Source: an uncultured Eubacteriales bacterium
GTDB lineage: Bacteria > Bacillota > Clostridia > Oscillospirales > Acutalibacteraceae
Length of the DNA stretch: 64,000 nucleotides
Direction: 5' to 3'
Assembly (NCBI GenBank): GCA_964557975.1
Contig: CAZLCG010000003.1
Location: 2,239-66,238, forward strand
The translations under genes and the position numbers were made by a program. Each line of letters opens with the position of its first letter. Within the stretch, counting starts at the first letter, position 1. This document shows, piece by piece, positions 25,867 through 36,392 of the stretch. The notes below the pieces were generated by a model. The model was not told the origin of the DNA and searched no databases. It was given only the letters and a program-made list of their open reading frames with translations.

Positions 25867-26306
25867 AAATTTTCCTCCCAACTGATTTTTATGTTATTCT
25901 ACAGTTTGAAATTTAAAAAAACAATTGCTACCGTTGTTGTTTATTTTTTGACAAGTTCGGTAGCAGGGGTAAAAATGCCCGTAAACGTGGATTTCTTCGA
26001 TAAAAATTGTTACATTTATTCACACAGCTTTTAAGTGTTATAAAGAAAAAAAACTGTCTTTTCCTCATATACAGCTTTTAAACACGCAACACATACCGAA
26101 CCCGCAAAATTTTTATTTTTTTTGCATAAATATACCTTTTTTCATTGATTAACATATTTTATGTTAGAAATAACAACATACTGATAAGACTATACCAAAT
26201 TCGTAATATATTTTACATAGGAGATATAGATAATAAAAAATTCCCTTATTTCGGCTCATAAGAGCAAAAACAAGGGAAATAAATTATGTCATAGCGCAAA
26301 ACATAC

Positions 26307-26332
26307 GAAACGCCTTGAAAATACAGCGTTTC
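26307..26332 (-). terminator. Hairpin (GAAACGC/GCGTTTC) after the adhE and APH-like kinase genes
   Basis: 7-bp stem and 12-nt loop, with a weak U-run on the minus strand. Confidence 0.35.
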
Positions 26333-26384
26333 CCGAGAGATTGAAAGATTTGAAATGCCGACGGGCGGGCGCATAGGTTATTTT

Positions 26385-27134
26385 TTATTCATAATCCACA
26401 ACATCCACCCAGCGAAGCAGAAATTCTCTCTCGTCAGGGTTACCCTTAACCGTCTGCGAAGCGGCAACAATCGGAAGCCATTTTTGAACATACTGCTTCG
26501 CTGTATCGCTCTTTTTGCAGAACAGGTCAAGATATTTTTCAGCAAGCTCGTTATCGCCCCTGAGCATTAAAACAAGGTAGGTTCTTGCCGCGTCCGCGGA
26601 AGCGTTGCCCCTTGTGGCATGAGCCCAGTCAATAACGAAATAGTTGCCGTCCTTATCAATAATAACGTTACTGGGTCTGAAATCGCCGTGGCAAACCTTA
26701 TCGTGCTTCGGCATACCCTCAAGCCTTGTATGCAGATCATACCTTGTGGTAGCGTCAAAATCCGTCTGAGAAATCTTTCTGTTCATCTTATCCTTCAGCT
26801 TGTTAAGCATAGGCATCTTTTGGTTATGGATATTAAGCTGAATGTCAACGAAAAGGTCAAGATACCCGTCGATTTTATCGGGATTTTCGTCCATAAGCTG
26901 CTGTAAGGTTTTGCCCTCGATAAACTCCGAAACAATAGCCCACTTGCCGTCGATTTTATTGACCTCAAGCAGCTTAGGAACGGGAAGCCCCGTTTCCTCA
27001 ATTCTCGCGTGATTAAGCGCTTCGTTGAGTATGTCGGACTTCTTATAAGCCTCGTCAAAGACCTTAATTGCCTTATCGCCGTCTCTGTAAACGGTTTTTG
27101 AAGCTCTGACCGCTATAACTTTTTTAAGTTCCAT
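26385..27134 (-). CDS. APH/choline-kinase-family phosphotransferase
   Basis: HGDFRPSNVIIDKDGNYFVIDWAHATRGNASADAARTY (Brenner/APH motifs). Confidence 0.75.
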   Translation of the reverse strand: MELKKVIAVRASKTVYRDGDKAIKVFDEAYKKSDILNEALNHARIEETGLPVPKLLEVNKIDGKWAIVSEFIEGKTLQQLMDENPDKIDGYLDLFVDIQLNIHNQKMPMLNKLKDKMNRKISQTDFDATTRYDLHTRLEGMPKHDKVCHGDFRPSNVIIDKDGNYFVIDWAHATRGNASADAARTYLVLMLRGDNELAEKYLDLFCKKSDTAKQYVQKWLPIVAASQTVKGNPDEREFLLRWVDVVDYE

Positions 27135-27148
27135 TATTATATCCTCCC

Positions 27149-29764
27149 TTATTTACCGTAATATGCTTTAAGATACATGTCTTTAATTTCGCTCATAAGC
27201 GGATATCTCGGGTTAGCGCCCGTGCATTGGTCGTTGAACGCCTGCTCAACCATATCGTCAAGAGTTTCAAGGAAGTATTTTTCGTCAACACCGTAGTCCT
27301 TAATCGTCTTTTTAATTCCGATATGCTCTTTAAGCTCGTCAAGCTTTTTAATAAGGTTTTCAAGCTTTGCCTCGTTTGTTTCGCCCGATACGCCGAGAGC
27401 GTCCGCAACCTCGCAGTATCTTTCAAGCGTATGAGGATGGTCATACTGTGAGAATGTACCCATTTTTGCCGGAACCTCGGCGGCATTGAAGCGAAGAACG
27501 TTATCAATCAACAGAGCGTTAGCAATTCCGTGGGGAAGATGATGGAAAGCGCCGAGCTTGTGAGCCATAGAATGGCATACGCCCAAAAAAGCATTTGCAA
27601 ACGCCATACCTGCAAGAGTAGCGGCGTTAGCCATTTTCTCTCTTGCAACGGGGTCGTTGGGTCCGTTGTCATATGCTCTCGGGAGATACCGGAATATCAT
27701 CTGAAGCGCACGGATCGCAAGACCGTCGGTGTAATCGGTAGCCATAATTGAAGCATACGCCTCAAGCGCGTGAGTAACAGCGTCAATACCGGAAGCGGAG
27801 GTTAAGCCCTTCGGAGCGTTCATCATCATATCAGCGTCGACGATTGCCATATTGGGCATAAGCTCATAATCCGCAAGAGGCCATTTTACGCCCGTATCGG
27901 CGTCTGTTATAATTGCGAACGGCGTCACCTCGGAGCCTGTTCCCGCAGAGGTCGGAACAGCAATAAAATATGCTTTTTCGCCCATCTTGGGGAAGGTGTA
28001 AACTCTCTTGCGGATATCCATAAAGTCCATAGCCATATCCGAGAAGTCAACGTCGGGATGCTCGTAAAGAACCCACATAATCTTTGCCGCGTCCATCGCG
28101 GAACCGCCGCCGACAGCAATTATCGTATCGGGTGCGAAGGCCGCCATCTGCTCAGTACCCTTTCTCGCGCACTGAAGCGTCGGGTCGGGAGCGACCTCAT
28201 AGAAGCAAGCGTGCCGAATACCCATTTCGTCGAGCTTATCCTCAATCGGTTTTGTGTAACCGTTATTGTAAAGGAACGAATCGGTAACTATAAAAGCCTT
28301 TTTCTTGCCCATAACGCTTTTAAGCTCGTCAAAAGCAACAGGCAGGCAGCCTTTTTTGAAATAAACCTTTTCGGGCGTTCTGAACCAAAGCATATTCTCT
28401 CTCCTCTCGGCAACAGTTTTAATATTCAAAAGATGTTTGACGCCAACGTTTTCCGAAACGGAGTTACCTCCCCATGAGCCGCAGCCGAGAGTAAGCGACG
28501 GAGCAAGCTTAAAGTTGTAAAGGTCGCCTATACCGCCGTGCGACGACGGGGTGTTGATAAGAATACGGCAGGTTTTCATTCTCTCACCGAACTCGTCAAG
28601 CTTATCCTTTTCGGTCACGGCATTGACATACAGCGATGAAGTATGACCGTAACCGCCGTCGGCAATAAGATGCTCAGCCTTTGAAAGCGCGTCCTCAAAA
28701 TTCTTCGCCTTATACATGGCAAGAACGGGTGAAAGCTTTTCATGCGCAAACTCCTCGGACAATTCAACGCTTTCAACTTCACCGATAAGAATTTTTGTAT
28801 TTTCGGGAACTTTAACGCCCGAAAGCTCGGCAATCTTGAAAGCCGACTGACCTACGATTTTAGCGTTAAGCGCGCCGTTGATGATAATGGTCTTTCTGAC
28901 CTTTTCAAGCTCTGCGTCTTTAAGGAAATAACAGCCCCTCGCCTCAAATTCCTTTTTAACTGCCTTATATACCTTATCAAGAACTATAACCGACTGCTCT
29001 GAGGCGCAAATCATACCGTTATCAAAGGTCTTTGAATGAATAATTGAGTTAACCGCCAAAGGTATATCCGCCGTGTCGTCAATAATCGCAGGGGTATTGC
29101 CCGCACCGACGCCGAGCGCGGGTTTACCCGAGGAATAGGCTGCTTTAACCATTCCCGGACCTCCCGTTGCAAGAATAATGTCGGCTTCCTTCATAATAAG
29201 GTTGGTAAGCTCAAGCGAGGGAACGTCAATCCAACCGATTATGCCCTCGGGAGCGCCTGCCTTAACAGCGGCTTCAAGAACTGTCTTTGCGGCGGCAATA
29301 GTCGAACTCTTTGCCCTCGGGTGCGGGCTTATAATAATACCGTTTCTTGTTTTAAGCGAAATGAGAGTTTTGAATATTGCGGTGGAGGTCGGGTTAGTTG
29401 TGGGAATGACAGCCGCAACAATGCCTAAAGGCTCGGCAATCTTTTTTATGCCGAATGCCGAATCCTGCTCTATCACACCGCAGGTTTTGGTGTTTTTGTA
29501 TGCGTTGTAAATATATTCGGCGGCATAGTGGTTTTTAATAACCTTATCCTCAACTACGCCCATACCCGTTTCGGCAACAGCCGTTTTGGCAAGCGGAATA
29601 CGAGCCTTATTAGCCGCAACAGCGGCGGCTTTGAAGATTTCGTCGACCTTCTGCTGAGAATAGGTTGAAAAAATCCTTTGGGCGTCTCTTACTCTTGAAA
29701 GCAGCTTTTCAAGAGCTTCAACCGAATCAACAACTTCATAATCGTTTGAGTTTTCCATTGTCAT
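27149..29764 (-). CDS. adhE: Bifunctional acetaldehyde-CoA/alcohol dehydrogenase
   Basis: 871 aa. N-terminal ALDH part and C-terminal iron-ADH part (GGGSAMDAAK, HxxxH region). This is the typical AdhE length and layout. Confidence 0.95.
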   Translation of the reverse strand: MTMENSNDYEVVDSVEALEKLLSRVRDAQRIFSTYSQQKVDEIFKAAAVAANKARIPLAKTAVAETGMGVVEDKVIKNHYAAEYIYNAYKNTKTCGVIEQDSAFGIKKIAEPLGIVAAVIPTTNPTSTAIFKTLISLKTRNGIIISPHPRAKSSTIAAAKTVLEAAVKAGAPEGIIGWIDVPSLELTNLIMKEADIILATGGPGMVKAAYSSGKPALGVGAGNTPAIIDDTADIPLAVNSIIHSKTFDNGMICASEQSVIVLDKVYKAVKKEFEARGCYFLKDAELEKVRKTIIINGALNAKIVGQSAFKIAELSGVKVPENTKILIGEVESVELSEEFAHEKLSPVLAMYKAKNFEDALSKAEHLIADGGYGHTSSLYVNAVTEKDKLDEFGERMKTCRILINTPSSHGGIGDLYNFKLAPSLTLGCGSWGGNSVSENVGVKHLLNIKTVAERRENMLWFRTPEKVYFKKGCLPVAFDELKSVMGKKKAFIVTDSFLYNNGYTKPIEDKLDEMGIRHACFYEVAPDPTLQCARKGTEQMAAFAPDTIIAVGGGSAMDAAKIMWVLYEHPDVDFSDMAMDFMDIRKRVYTFPKMGEKAYFIAVPTSAGTGSEVTPFAIITDADTGVKWPLADYELMPNMAIVDADMMMNAPKGLTSASGIDAVTHALEAYASIMATDYTDGLAIRALQMIFRYLPRAYDNGPNDPVAREKMANAATLAGMAFANAFLGVCHSMAHKLGAFHHLPHGIANALLIDNVLRFNAAEVPAKMGTFSQYDHPHTLERYCEVADALGVSGETNEAKLENLIKKLDELKEHIGIKKTIKDYGVDEKYFLETLDDMVEQAFNDQCTGANPRYPLMSEIKDMYLKAYYGK

Positions 29765-30100
29765 ATATCTCCTTGTCTGATAATACGGTTTTACAAAAGC
29801 CGCGCTCGGATAACTTCGGCGCTTAACCGATAAAAAACATTTCAGCCCGTTTTTTATAGATTGTTAAACTTTTGTCATTGATATATTATTACTCCGCTTC
29901 CGAAAAGTCAACAGCAAATTGTTAAAAAATTAACATTCGTATATATATACAAAAAATCACTTCGGTTCATTCTGCTTTTATTAAAAAAAGCAACCTATAA
30001 TTAGATGTTTTGTTCATATATACGATTAAGAAAAAGGGTTATTTTTATGAGATGAATATAAAAAATCCGAATAGGCGCAGACGCTTATTTTATCTTTTCG

Positions 30101-30145
30101 ATGATAAAAAGCCAAGCCGCGTCTGCTTAGCAAGCAAACGCGGCT
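30101..30145 (-). terminator. Hairpin + U-run after the tannase-like lipoprotein gene
   Basis: AGCCGCGT...ACGCGGCT stem, followed on the minus strand by TGGCTTTTTA. Confidence 0.5.
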
Positions 30146-30318
30146 AAAAGACCTTCGGTATTCGGCGCGCCAGAGCGATACAAATATGCCCTTGCGCCGT
30201 TTTTATTATGCACAGCCGATAAAAGCAGAACATAATTGCTAAAAATCAAACCGTAAGCGTTTCCGAACAGCTCTGTAATAAAAAATTCATTACAGGAATG
30301 TTTTGACGGCGGCTTTCA

Positions 30319-32568
30319 TTATTCGCCCGCGGATTTGTTAAACAGCGGTTCAAGCACATCCGCGTGCTCTTGGAATATTTCAAGCAGATATTTGTTCCAA
30401 TGGCGCGCGTCTTTTTCGCTGCTGCCGAACACATAATCCTCCTGACCGTAATCAATAACATCAAAGCCCGGCATTGCCTTGCTTGCGCCCGCTGTTCTGT
30501 ATGCCGCTATGTCGGCAAGGCTGAATGATACTGCGGAGTTACCGTCAAGACTTACCCAACTGCTGATGTCCTTGCCTGAGGCTTCTTCGGAATCGCCGTT
30601 TTCGGTTTGCCTGACGGCTTCCGCCTTAGTAACGCTTACCGCGCCGTCCACGTATTCTCCGTACATCCTATCGAGGTAAAGCGAGAAGGATTCGCCGAGT
30701 ACCTCGGACGGGACGTGACCGCCGTCCCACTGCCATTCAATTTCAGCGTCTACGCCGGCGTTAAGCCAGGCAATCTGCAAATTCAATGAAGTGAACATGG
30801 ACATATCGCCCTCGGACGCGCCCATGATAATTCTTGTCCAAACAGGATTATTCGTACCCTCAGCGCCGATATAGTTCAAGGGGTTATAAAGCTCGACAAT
30901 GTTGTTGCCGTATTTATCCCCGTCATAAACCTCTTCAATATCAGCCTCATACGCGGCAACCATATCCTCGTAGGTTTCGTAGTTGTCGGAGTCGCCGCTG
31001 CCGCTTGCGGACTGGGTAGTTCCGCTGTCGGGCGTTCCTACGGCATTTTTATCGAAAGTTTCGCCGTCGGGAAGTCCGCCTTTCTTAACCGCCCCATCGG
31101 GAATTTCTCCATCGGGAGCTGCTCCGTCGGGAAGTCCGTCCGCGGCTTCAAGGTCATCTTCCGGCAGCTCACCGTTCAATAAGCCGCCGTCAGGACGCCC
31201 TCCCATACCGCCGTCTGTTTTGTCCGCCATGCCGCCGATACCGCCGCTGCTGCTCTTGGTATAACGACCCTCTGTAAACGCCTGCGCCTTTTCGGCGCTT
31301 GTCATAGCGGCAACCGCGTCGTCTCTCAGCGCGTTTCCGTCCTCATCAAACCAAGTCCAGCCCTGCGCATAGTCAAGGTTATCAATATACCATTGCAGGT
31401 TTTGAGTAAATTCCGCCATATACAAGTCAAGATAAGTTCCGTAATATCCGTTTGTTTCGGGATACGCTTCGGGATCGTATTCAATAGTAAGAGCAACTGT
31501 AGAATTTAATTCCCCGTCGCCGTCAAGATCAAAGCCTACGTCACTTTCCTTGACGGAAAGGTTCTTTGAGTTAATATATTCCGCATAGCTTTCGGACAGA
31601 TATTCCGCAAGCTTTGCCTGAAAGTCGGTTTTGAAGGAATATTCGGTATCAAGATTATACTCAAAGGCTAACGCCATATCCGCTTCATACAGCGAGGTAA
31701 TGGCGGAATATGCAATACAGCCCCACGCTCCGTCGGAAATTTCGTAATCCTTACCGTCGATAGTAACGGTTGTGGAATAAGAGCCGTCGCTGTTTTTATA
31801 CACGCCTACCGCACCCGCTTCGATCTGATAATCATAGTAATCCGAATTATCGGAGGTAGCGGCAAACATAGTCGCGTGAGCGCCGCCGCCCGAACCGCCG
31901 GTGGATACAAAATAATCCACGCTGCCGGGCAAATTGCCGAGAAGAATGTTATACTTCACATAACGTGCCGCCGCCTTCTGGTCGACAAGGCAAGATGGAG
32001 CGTCACCGGTGTAAACGGTATTTCCGTCCTCGTCGGTAACCGTATCCTGCTTACCGCGGTTGCCGCAGGAAACATTGATATAACCGTCCGACGCATATTC
32101 CGCAGACGCGGCGGAATTGCTCTGCGAGCTGTAGCCTGCCGCGCCTGTGTTTAAAACAACGGGAGCTGTCGCGGCAGTGTATACCTGACCGTTGGCGCTT
32201 GTGACTGCCGCGTCATAATCTATAACGAGCGAACCGTTAACGGCTTGTGTTACTGTATCGGATGTTATATCAGCCTTGCCGTCGGAATTTGTGTCAATAC
32301 CGATTACATACGCGCCGGGGACGCATACGGAAACGCCCTGCTGATCGGGAAGCTCGGGATACGCTACGGCGGAAACGACGGAAAGCACCCAAGCGTCCGC
32401 GTCCGAAGAATAAGTCCATTCCTGATTTTCATTGTTTGCCAGATTCAATGTTTTCTCAATGTAGTCTTTTGTTGAGCCTGCGTCGCTTGATTTCAGCGAG
32501 CAGGAGCAAAGACCCGCCAACATTGTAAAAGACAGAATCAGAGCGTTGATTATCTTGTATTTTTTCAT
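30319..32568 (-). CDS. Secreted lipoprotein, alpha/beta-hydrolase (tannase/esterase-like) with an inserted low-complexity G/D/P-rich region
   Basis: Lipobox LAGLCSC. VDQKAAARYVKYN...PGSVDYFVSTGGSGGGAHATMFAATS resembles the tannase-type GxSxG context. The family assignment is from memory of the motif only. Confidence 0.5.
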   Translation of the reverse strand: MKKYKIINALILSFTMLAGLCSCSLKSSDAGSTKDYIEKTLNLANNENQEWTYSSDADAWVLSVVSAVAYPELPDQQGVSVCVPGAYVIGIDTNSDGKADITSDTVTQAVNGSLVIDYDAAVTSANGQVYTAATAPVVLNTGAAGYSSQSNSAASAEYASDGYINVSCGNRGKQDTVTDEDGNTVYTGDAPSCLVDQKAAARYVKYNILLGNLPGSVDYFVSTGGSGGGAHATMFAATSDNSDYYDYQIEAGAVGVYKNSDGSYSTTVTIDGKDYEISDGAWGCIAYSAITSLYEADMALAFEYNLDTEYSFKTDFQAKLAEYLSESYAEYINSKNLSVKESDVGFDLDGDGELNSTVALTIEYDPEAYPETNGYYGTYLDLYMAEFTQNLQWYIDNLDYAQGWTWFDEDGNALRDDAVAAMTSAEKAQAFTEGRYTKSSSGGIGGMADKTDGGMGGRPDGGLLNGELPEDDLEAADGLPDGAAPDGEIPDGAVKKGGLPDGETFDKNAVGTPDSGTTQSASGSGDSDNYETYEDMVAAYEADIEEVYDGDKYGNNIVELYNPLNYIGAEGTNNPVWTRIIMGASEGDMSMFTSLNLQIAWLNAGVDAEIEWQWDGGHVPSEVLGESFSLYLDRMYGEYVDGAVSVTKAEAVRQTENGDSEEASGKDISSWVSLDGNSAVSFSLADIAAYRTAGASKAMPGFDVIDYGQEDYVFGSSEKDARHWNKYLLEIFQEHADVLEPLFNKSAGE

Positions 32569-32677
32569 AAAATCCCCCTGTATTTTATTTAGATTTATTA
32601 TACAGGAGAAACATTAAAATTACTTTAAATGTTTTCAAATTATTTAAAAAATATCCTTGCTCCGATTTAAAAGGCGG

Positions 32678-34204
32678 CTAAACCGTAGGAATCAGAAGCT
32701 TGCATTTTTCCTGTAAAATATTATCGGTAAGCTTGTTTTCAGCCCTCACGGCTTCAACTGTGGTGTTATATTTTCTTGCGATGTTCCATATGTTTTCGCC
32801 CTGTTCGGCAAAATAGATTGTAAGCGAAGCCGTTTTTCTCTTTTTAGGCTTGGTCAAATCAGGCTCGATATCGCAGATAAGCGTTTTGTCGGCTACGGTG
32901 AAAATCACCGCGTTTATATCAATTTCAACCCTTGCGTCCACCCTGTTTTCAGCTCCCAAAAGGAAGCTTGCGCCCGTGACCGTAATATCCGGAACACATT
33001 TTTTATTGCCGTTTGACTGAGATACCGTTCTCTTATATTCGTAATCAAACTGCCTTTCAAGTGAAAGAGGTTGGTTTTCTGCGTCGCAAAGCAGCAGATT
33101 AACCGTTACCGTACCGTTAATTTTAAGCTCATTTTCAACAATTTCGCACTCTGACGTAATTCCCGTGCAATACATATCAAGAACAGACGATATACTGCCG
33201 CCCTTAAAGTCGATACTGCCCCTGCAAAGGTATGTATCATAGAATTTCTCGGAAACCGACTGCAACAGAACCGTTGATTTTTTACTGTCAAGCTCAAATT
33301 CGGTGGAATAGCAGTCGCTCGCGCATTCTATTTCGTCATCATCGTAAATTTCGATGTCCGCTCTTATTACCGCCGTCATATCAATAAGCCGTAAAGCTCC
33401 CGAGGAATCCGTTTTTGCAAAAACTTCAAGACTTGAAACGCCGAGATTAAGCATCGCGCGGCTGTTTTCGTCCGTATCCGCCTCGACAATCTGACTGATA
33501 GGCATTGAGGATTCAATATGCTGTAATTCAAGCTCGTTTTCGGTTAAATAGACAGTTTTTATCTTAAATTCGCCTTTAATTAAAATCTTACCCGAAACAA
33601 TTTTTGTATCCTCGATTATTGCTGCGGCTTCGTTTCTTACTATCTGACCGATTGAGCCTTGAGAAGCGCCGATTTCAAGCGTTTCGCTTATTGTAAAGCA
33701 TTTCTCGCAGCAATCCCTCAAATTACAGATTGAATATTTTTCTTTCTGCATCTGAACCGTTGCGTCCTCGCACGAGCAGATAACCTCAGTCGATTTTTTA
33801 CAGAACGCCTTAAAGTTAATTGAAATACTGCCGTGAATATCGAGCCTTCTCTGGCTTACTGCCCGACAGTTCACATATTCCGTTTTAGCCGAGGCGCATA
33901 CGGCGCAGCCCTCCACCGCCTTTGACTCAACAAATTTTGAATAGGAAATCCTTTGCTCAAAGCAATGCATTTTACCGTCGTCGCTTAAATAGAGTACGGA
34001 TAATACCGCGTTTCCCTCCGCCGTTATTCTGTCGCCTGTCGAATTAACCGACGATACGTTCGGCAAAAGCGAGCATTTAAGCAGCTTTACGATGTCGGGA
34101 AAATAATCCGGCAATGTTATATCGCTTTCAACGGTCTGCTCAACCGATCCGTCAAAAGCAGTATCTTTTATAACGATATTATTTATATGCTTGTTAAGCT
34201 CCAT
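32678..34204 (-). CDS. DUF3794 (SPOCS)-type protein with C-terminal LysM domain, SipL-like sporulation protein
   Basis: C-terminus TIYFAEQGENIWNIARKYNTTVEAVRAENKL (LysM). The ~500-aa length and architecture are typical of clostridial SipL-like proteins. Confidence 0.55.
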   Translation of the reverse strand: MELNKHINNIVIKDTAFDGSVEQTVESDITLPDYFPDIVKLLKCSLLPNVSSVNSTGDRITAEGNAVLSVLYLSDDGKMHCFEQRISYSKFVESKAVEGCAVCASAKTEYVNCRAVSQRRLDIHGSISINFKAFCKKSTEVICSCEDATVQMQKEKYSICNLRDCCEKCFTISETLEIGASQGSIGQIVRNEAAAIIEDTKIVSGKILIKGEFKIKTVYLTENELELQHIESSMPISQIVEADTDENSRAMLNLGVSSLEVFAKTDSSGALRLIDMTAVIRADIEIYDDDEIECASDCYSTEFELDSKKSTVLLQSVSEKFYDTYLCRGSIDFKGGSISSVLDMYCTGITSECEIVENELKINGTVTVNLLLCDAENQPLSLERQFDYEYKRTVSQSNGNKKCVPDITVTGASFLLGAENRVDARVEIDINAVIFTVADKTLICDIEPDLTKPKKRKTASLTIYFAEQGENIWNIARKYNTTVEAVRAENKLTDNILQEKCKLLIPTV

Positions 34205-34325
34205 TTACTGCTTCCTCCCTGTGTTTTTATTGCCTACAAATATCTATTCCGAAACAGCCTTTCATATTCATAAAAAAATATCAAAAAATATGAAAATGAC
34301 TTGATTTTTTAAAAGTATGTGATAT

Positions 34326-34350
34326 AATAACAGTAATGATTACTGTTATT
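34326..34350. promoter_or_regulatory. Perfect 25-bp palindrome (AATAACAGTAAT-G-ATTACTGTTATT) overlapping the -10 region of the Fur/PerR gene; candidate auto-operator
   Basis: Read directly. It lies immediately after GATATAAT. Confidence 0.55.
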
Positions 34351-34765
34351 GTTATTGTGTGGGGAGATGGAAGAAATAAAGACGGTCAGAAAAAGCAAAC
34401 AGCGTCAGGCAATACTTGACAATTTAAAAAGCAGATACGACCATCCTACCGCCGCAGAAATATATGAGTCGGTTAAAAAAAGCATTCCGTCTATAAGCCT
34501 AGGAACTTTATACAGAAATCTTAATTTTCTTTGTGAAAGCGGCGAAGTTAACAGGCTCTCTACGGGCGCGGAAGAGCATTACGACGCGGTCACATCATTA
34601 CATTATCATTTAAAATGCGGCTGCTGCGGAAGGTTCTTTGACTTGCCTATGTCCCCTATTTATGAGCTTGAAAAATTCACCCTTCCCGAATATAAAGGAA
34701 AAATCGACAGCTACAGCTTGGTTTTTTACGGTGTTTGCGAGGATTGCTTCTCAAAACGCCGTTGA
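34349..34765 (+). CDS. Fur-family (PerR-like) metalloregulator
   Basis: [10 protein letters not shown]...HPTAAEIY...[10 protein letters not shown] (wHTH), with CGCCG...CEDC metal-site cysteines. The start is uncertain (TTG 34349 or ATG 34367). Confidence 0.8.
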   Translation: MLLCGEMEEIKTVRKSKQRQAILDNLKSRYDHPTAAEIYESVKKSIPSISLGTLYRNLNFLCESGEVNRLSTGAEEHYDAVTSLHYHLKCGCCGRFFDLPMSPIYELEKFTLPEYKGKIDSYSLVFYGVCEDCFSKRR

Positions 34766-34808
34766 AAATAATCTATTTAATATTTTTTATGAATCGGAGG
34801 AATTTATT

Positions 34809-35357
34809 ATGAAAAAATGGGTTTGTCCCGTATGCGGTTATGTTTACGAGGGTGACACCCCTCCCGAAAAATGCCCGCAGTGCGGTGTTCCCGGCTCAAA
34901 GTTCACAGAGGTTAAGTCTGAGGAATTATCTTGGGCGGCCGAGCATGTTGTAGGTATCGCCAAAGACGTTCCCGAGGATATTCTCGAGGGTCTTCGCGCA
35001 AACTTCAACGGCGAATGCACCGAGGTCGGCATGTACCTTGCAATGGCAAGAGTAGCGCACAGAGAGGGTTACCCCGAAATCGGTCTTTATTGGGAAAAGG
35101 CGGCTTATGAGGAGGCGGAGCATGCGGCTAAATTCGCAGAGCTTCTCGGCGAGGTAGTAACCGACAGCACCAAAAAGAATCTTGAAATGAGAATTGAAGC
35201 CGAAAACGGCGCAACACTCGGCAAATTTGAGCTTGCAAAGCGCGCTAAGGCGGAAAACCTTGACGCTATCCACGATACCGTTCACGAAATGGCGCGTGAT
35301 GAGGCAAGACACGGCAGAGCCTTCGCGGGTCTTCTTGAAAGATATTTCGGCAAATAA
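34809..35357 (+). CDS. Reverse rubrerythrin (N-terminal rubredoxin-like CxxC...CxxC, C-terminal ferritin-like diiron domain)
   Basis: [26 protein letters not shown], then [10 protein letters not shown]...[11 protein letters not shown]...[14 protein letters not shown] lies 8 nt upstream of ATG 34809. The longer track ORF (34638) is an artefact. Confidence 0.9.
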   Translation: MKKWVCPVCGYVYEGDTPPEKCPQCGVPGSKFTEVKSEELSWAAEHVVGIAKDVPEDILEGLRANFNGECTEVGMYLAMARVAHREGYPEIGLYWEKAAYEEAEHAAKFAELLGEVVTDSTKKNLEMRIEAENGATLGKFELAKRAKAENLDAIHDTVHEMARDEARHGRAFAGLLERYFGK

Positions 35358-35375
35358 TTTAAAATTTATCTGTAA

Positions 35376-35412
35376 ATAAAGCGGTGCCGAAAGCGCATCG
35401 CTTTATTTTTTT
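35376..35412 (+). terminator. Terminator after the rubrerythrin gene
   Basis: AAAGCG...CGCTTT hairpin followed by ATTTTTTTAT. Confidence 0.6.
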
Positions 35413-35517
35413 ATCAAAAGAAAACAATGCCTTTGCTTCTTCCGCTTTTCCCCTGCCGCGGTTGATTTTTTTCGTTTTTTATGTCATAATCATATCTGAA
35501 CAAGGGGTGTGCAAATA

Positions 35518-36213
35518 ATGGATGAATTTTTTGAAAGAACCGAGCTTATTTTCGGCAAAGAAAACATTGAAAAGATAAAAAACGCCCATATAGCCGTGTT
35601 CGGCGTCGGGGGCGTAGGCTCGTTTGCCTGCGAAGCGCTTGCAAGGTGCGGCGCAGGCAAGCTTGATCTTGTCGATTTCGACACTGTTTCAAAAAGCAAT
35701 ATAAACCGTCAGCTTACAGCTCTTAACAGCACTGTCGGGAAATATAAAGCCGATGTTATGGCGGAACGTATTCGCGATATAAATGAAAATGCCGAAATAA
35801 ACGTTTATAAAATAAGGTTTTCACCCGAAACCTCGTCGCGGTTCGATTTTTCAAGATATGATTATGTAATAGACGCAATAGACTCTGTCACGGGCAAAAT
35901 CGAGCTTGTTATGTGCTGCGAAAAAGCGGGAGTACCGATTATTTCGTCAATGGGAGCGGGCAATAAGGTTCACCCTGAAATGTTTGAATTAGCCGATATT
36001 TACAAAACCTCGGTCTGCCCGCTTGCAAAGGTAATGAGAACGGAGCTTAGAAAGAGAAATGTAAAAAAACTAAAGGTAGTTTATTCAAAAGAACCGCCGA
36101 TAAAAAATGAAAGCGGTACAAAAACAACGGGCAGTAACGCATTTACGCCGTCTGCGGCAGGTCTTATAATTGCAGGCGCGGTTATAAGGGATATTACAGG
36201 TTTTGGGGATTGA
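35518..36213 (+). CDS. tcdA: ThiF/E1-like tRNA threonylcarbamoyladenosine dehydratase
   Basis: VFGVGGVGSFACEALARCGAGKLDLVDFDTVSKSNINRQ. Size about 230 aa. Confidence 0.75.
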   Translation: MDEFFERTELIFGKENIEKIKNAHIAVFGVGGVGSFACEALARCGAGKLDLVDFDTVSKSNINRQLTALNSTVGKYKADVMAERIRDINENAEINVYKIRFSPETSSRFDFSRYDYVIDAIDSVTGKIELVMCCEKAGVPIISSMGAGNKVHPEMFELADIYKTSVCPLAKVMRTELRKRNVKKLKVVYSKEPPIKNESGTKTTGSNAFTPSAAGLIIAGAVIRDITGFGD

Positions 36214-36293
36214 TTTTCCGCCTTCGCAGGCGAGGCTGTCCCGAAAAGATTTATTATAAAATCAACGTATTGTAAAAAATCATATTGTAAATA

Positions 36294-36326
36294 AAAAAGC
36301 AGGCGTATCTCAGCCTGCTCTTTTTG
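36294..36326. terminator. Bidirectional terminator between convergent tcdA and the autolysin gene
   Basis: AAAAAAGCAGGC-GTATCTCA-GCCTGCTCTTTTT. Confidence 0.65.
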
Positions 36327-36392
36327 ACGTTTAAATAATTTTCAAATTACCTTATACCTGCTTTATTGCCGAATAAACCCAACATACGAAAT

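Noticed and set aside
30273-30295. CTGTAATAAAAAA near 30273 resembles the sequence just inside IRL (TTCTGTAATAAAAAAA).
   Set aside because: Only about 13 nt of AT-rich sequence match, and the IR core (AGAACTGCAAGTTCT) is absent.
34638-34808. The N-terminal extension of the rubrerythrin ORF in the track (start 34638).
   Set aside because: It overlaps the end of the Fur-family gene. A GGAGG-ATG at 34809 gives the canonical [11 protein letters not shown] rubredoxin-type start.
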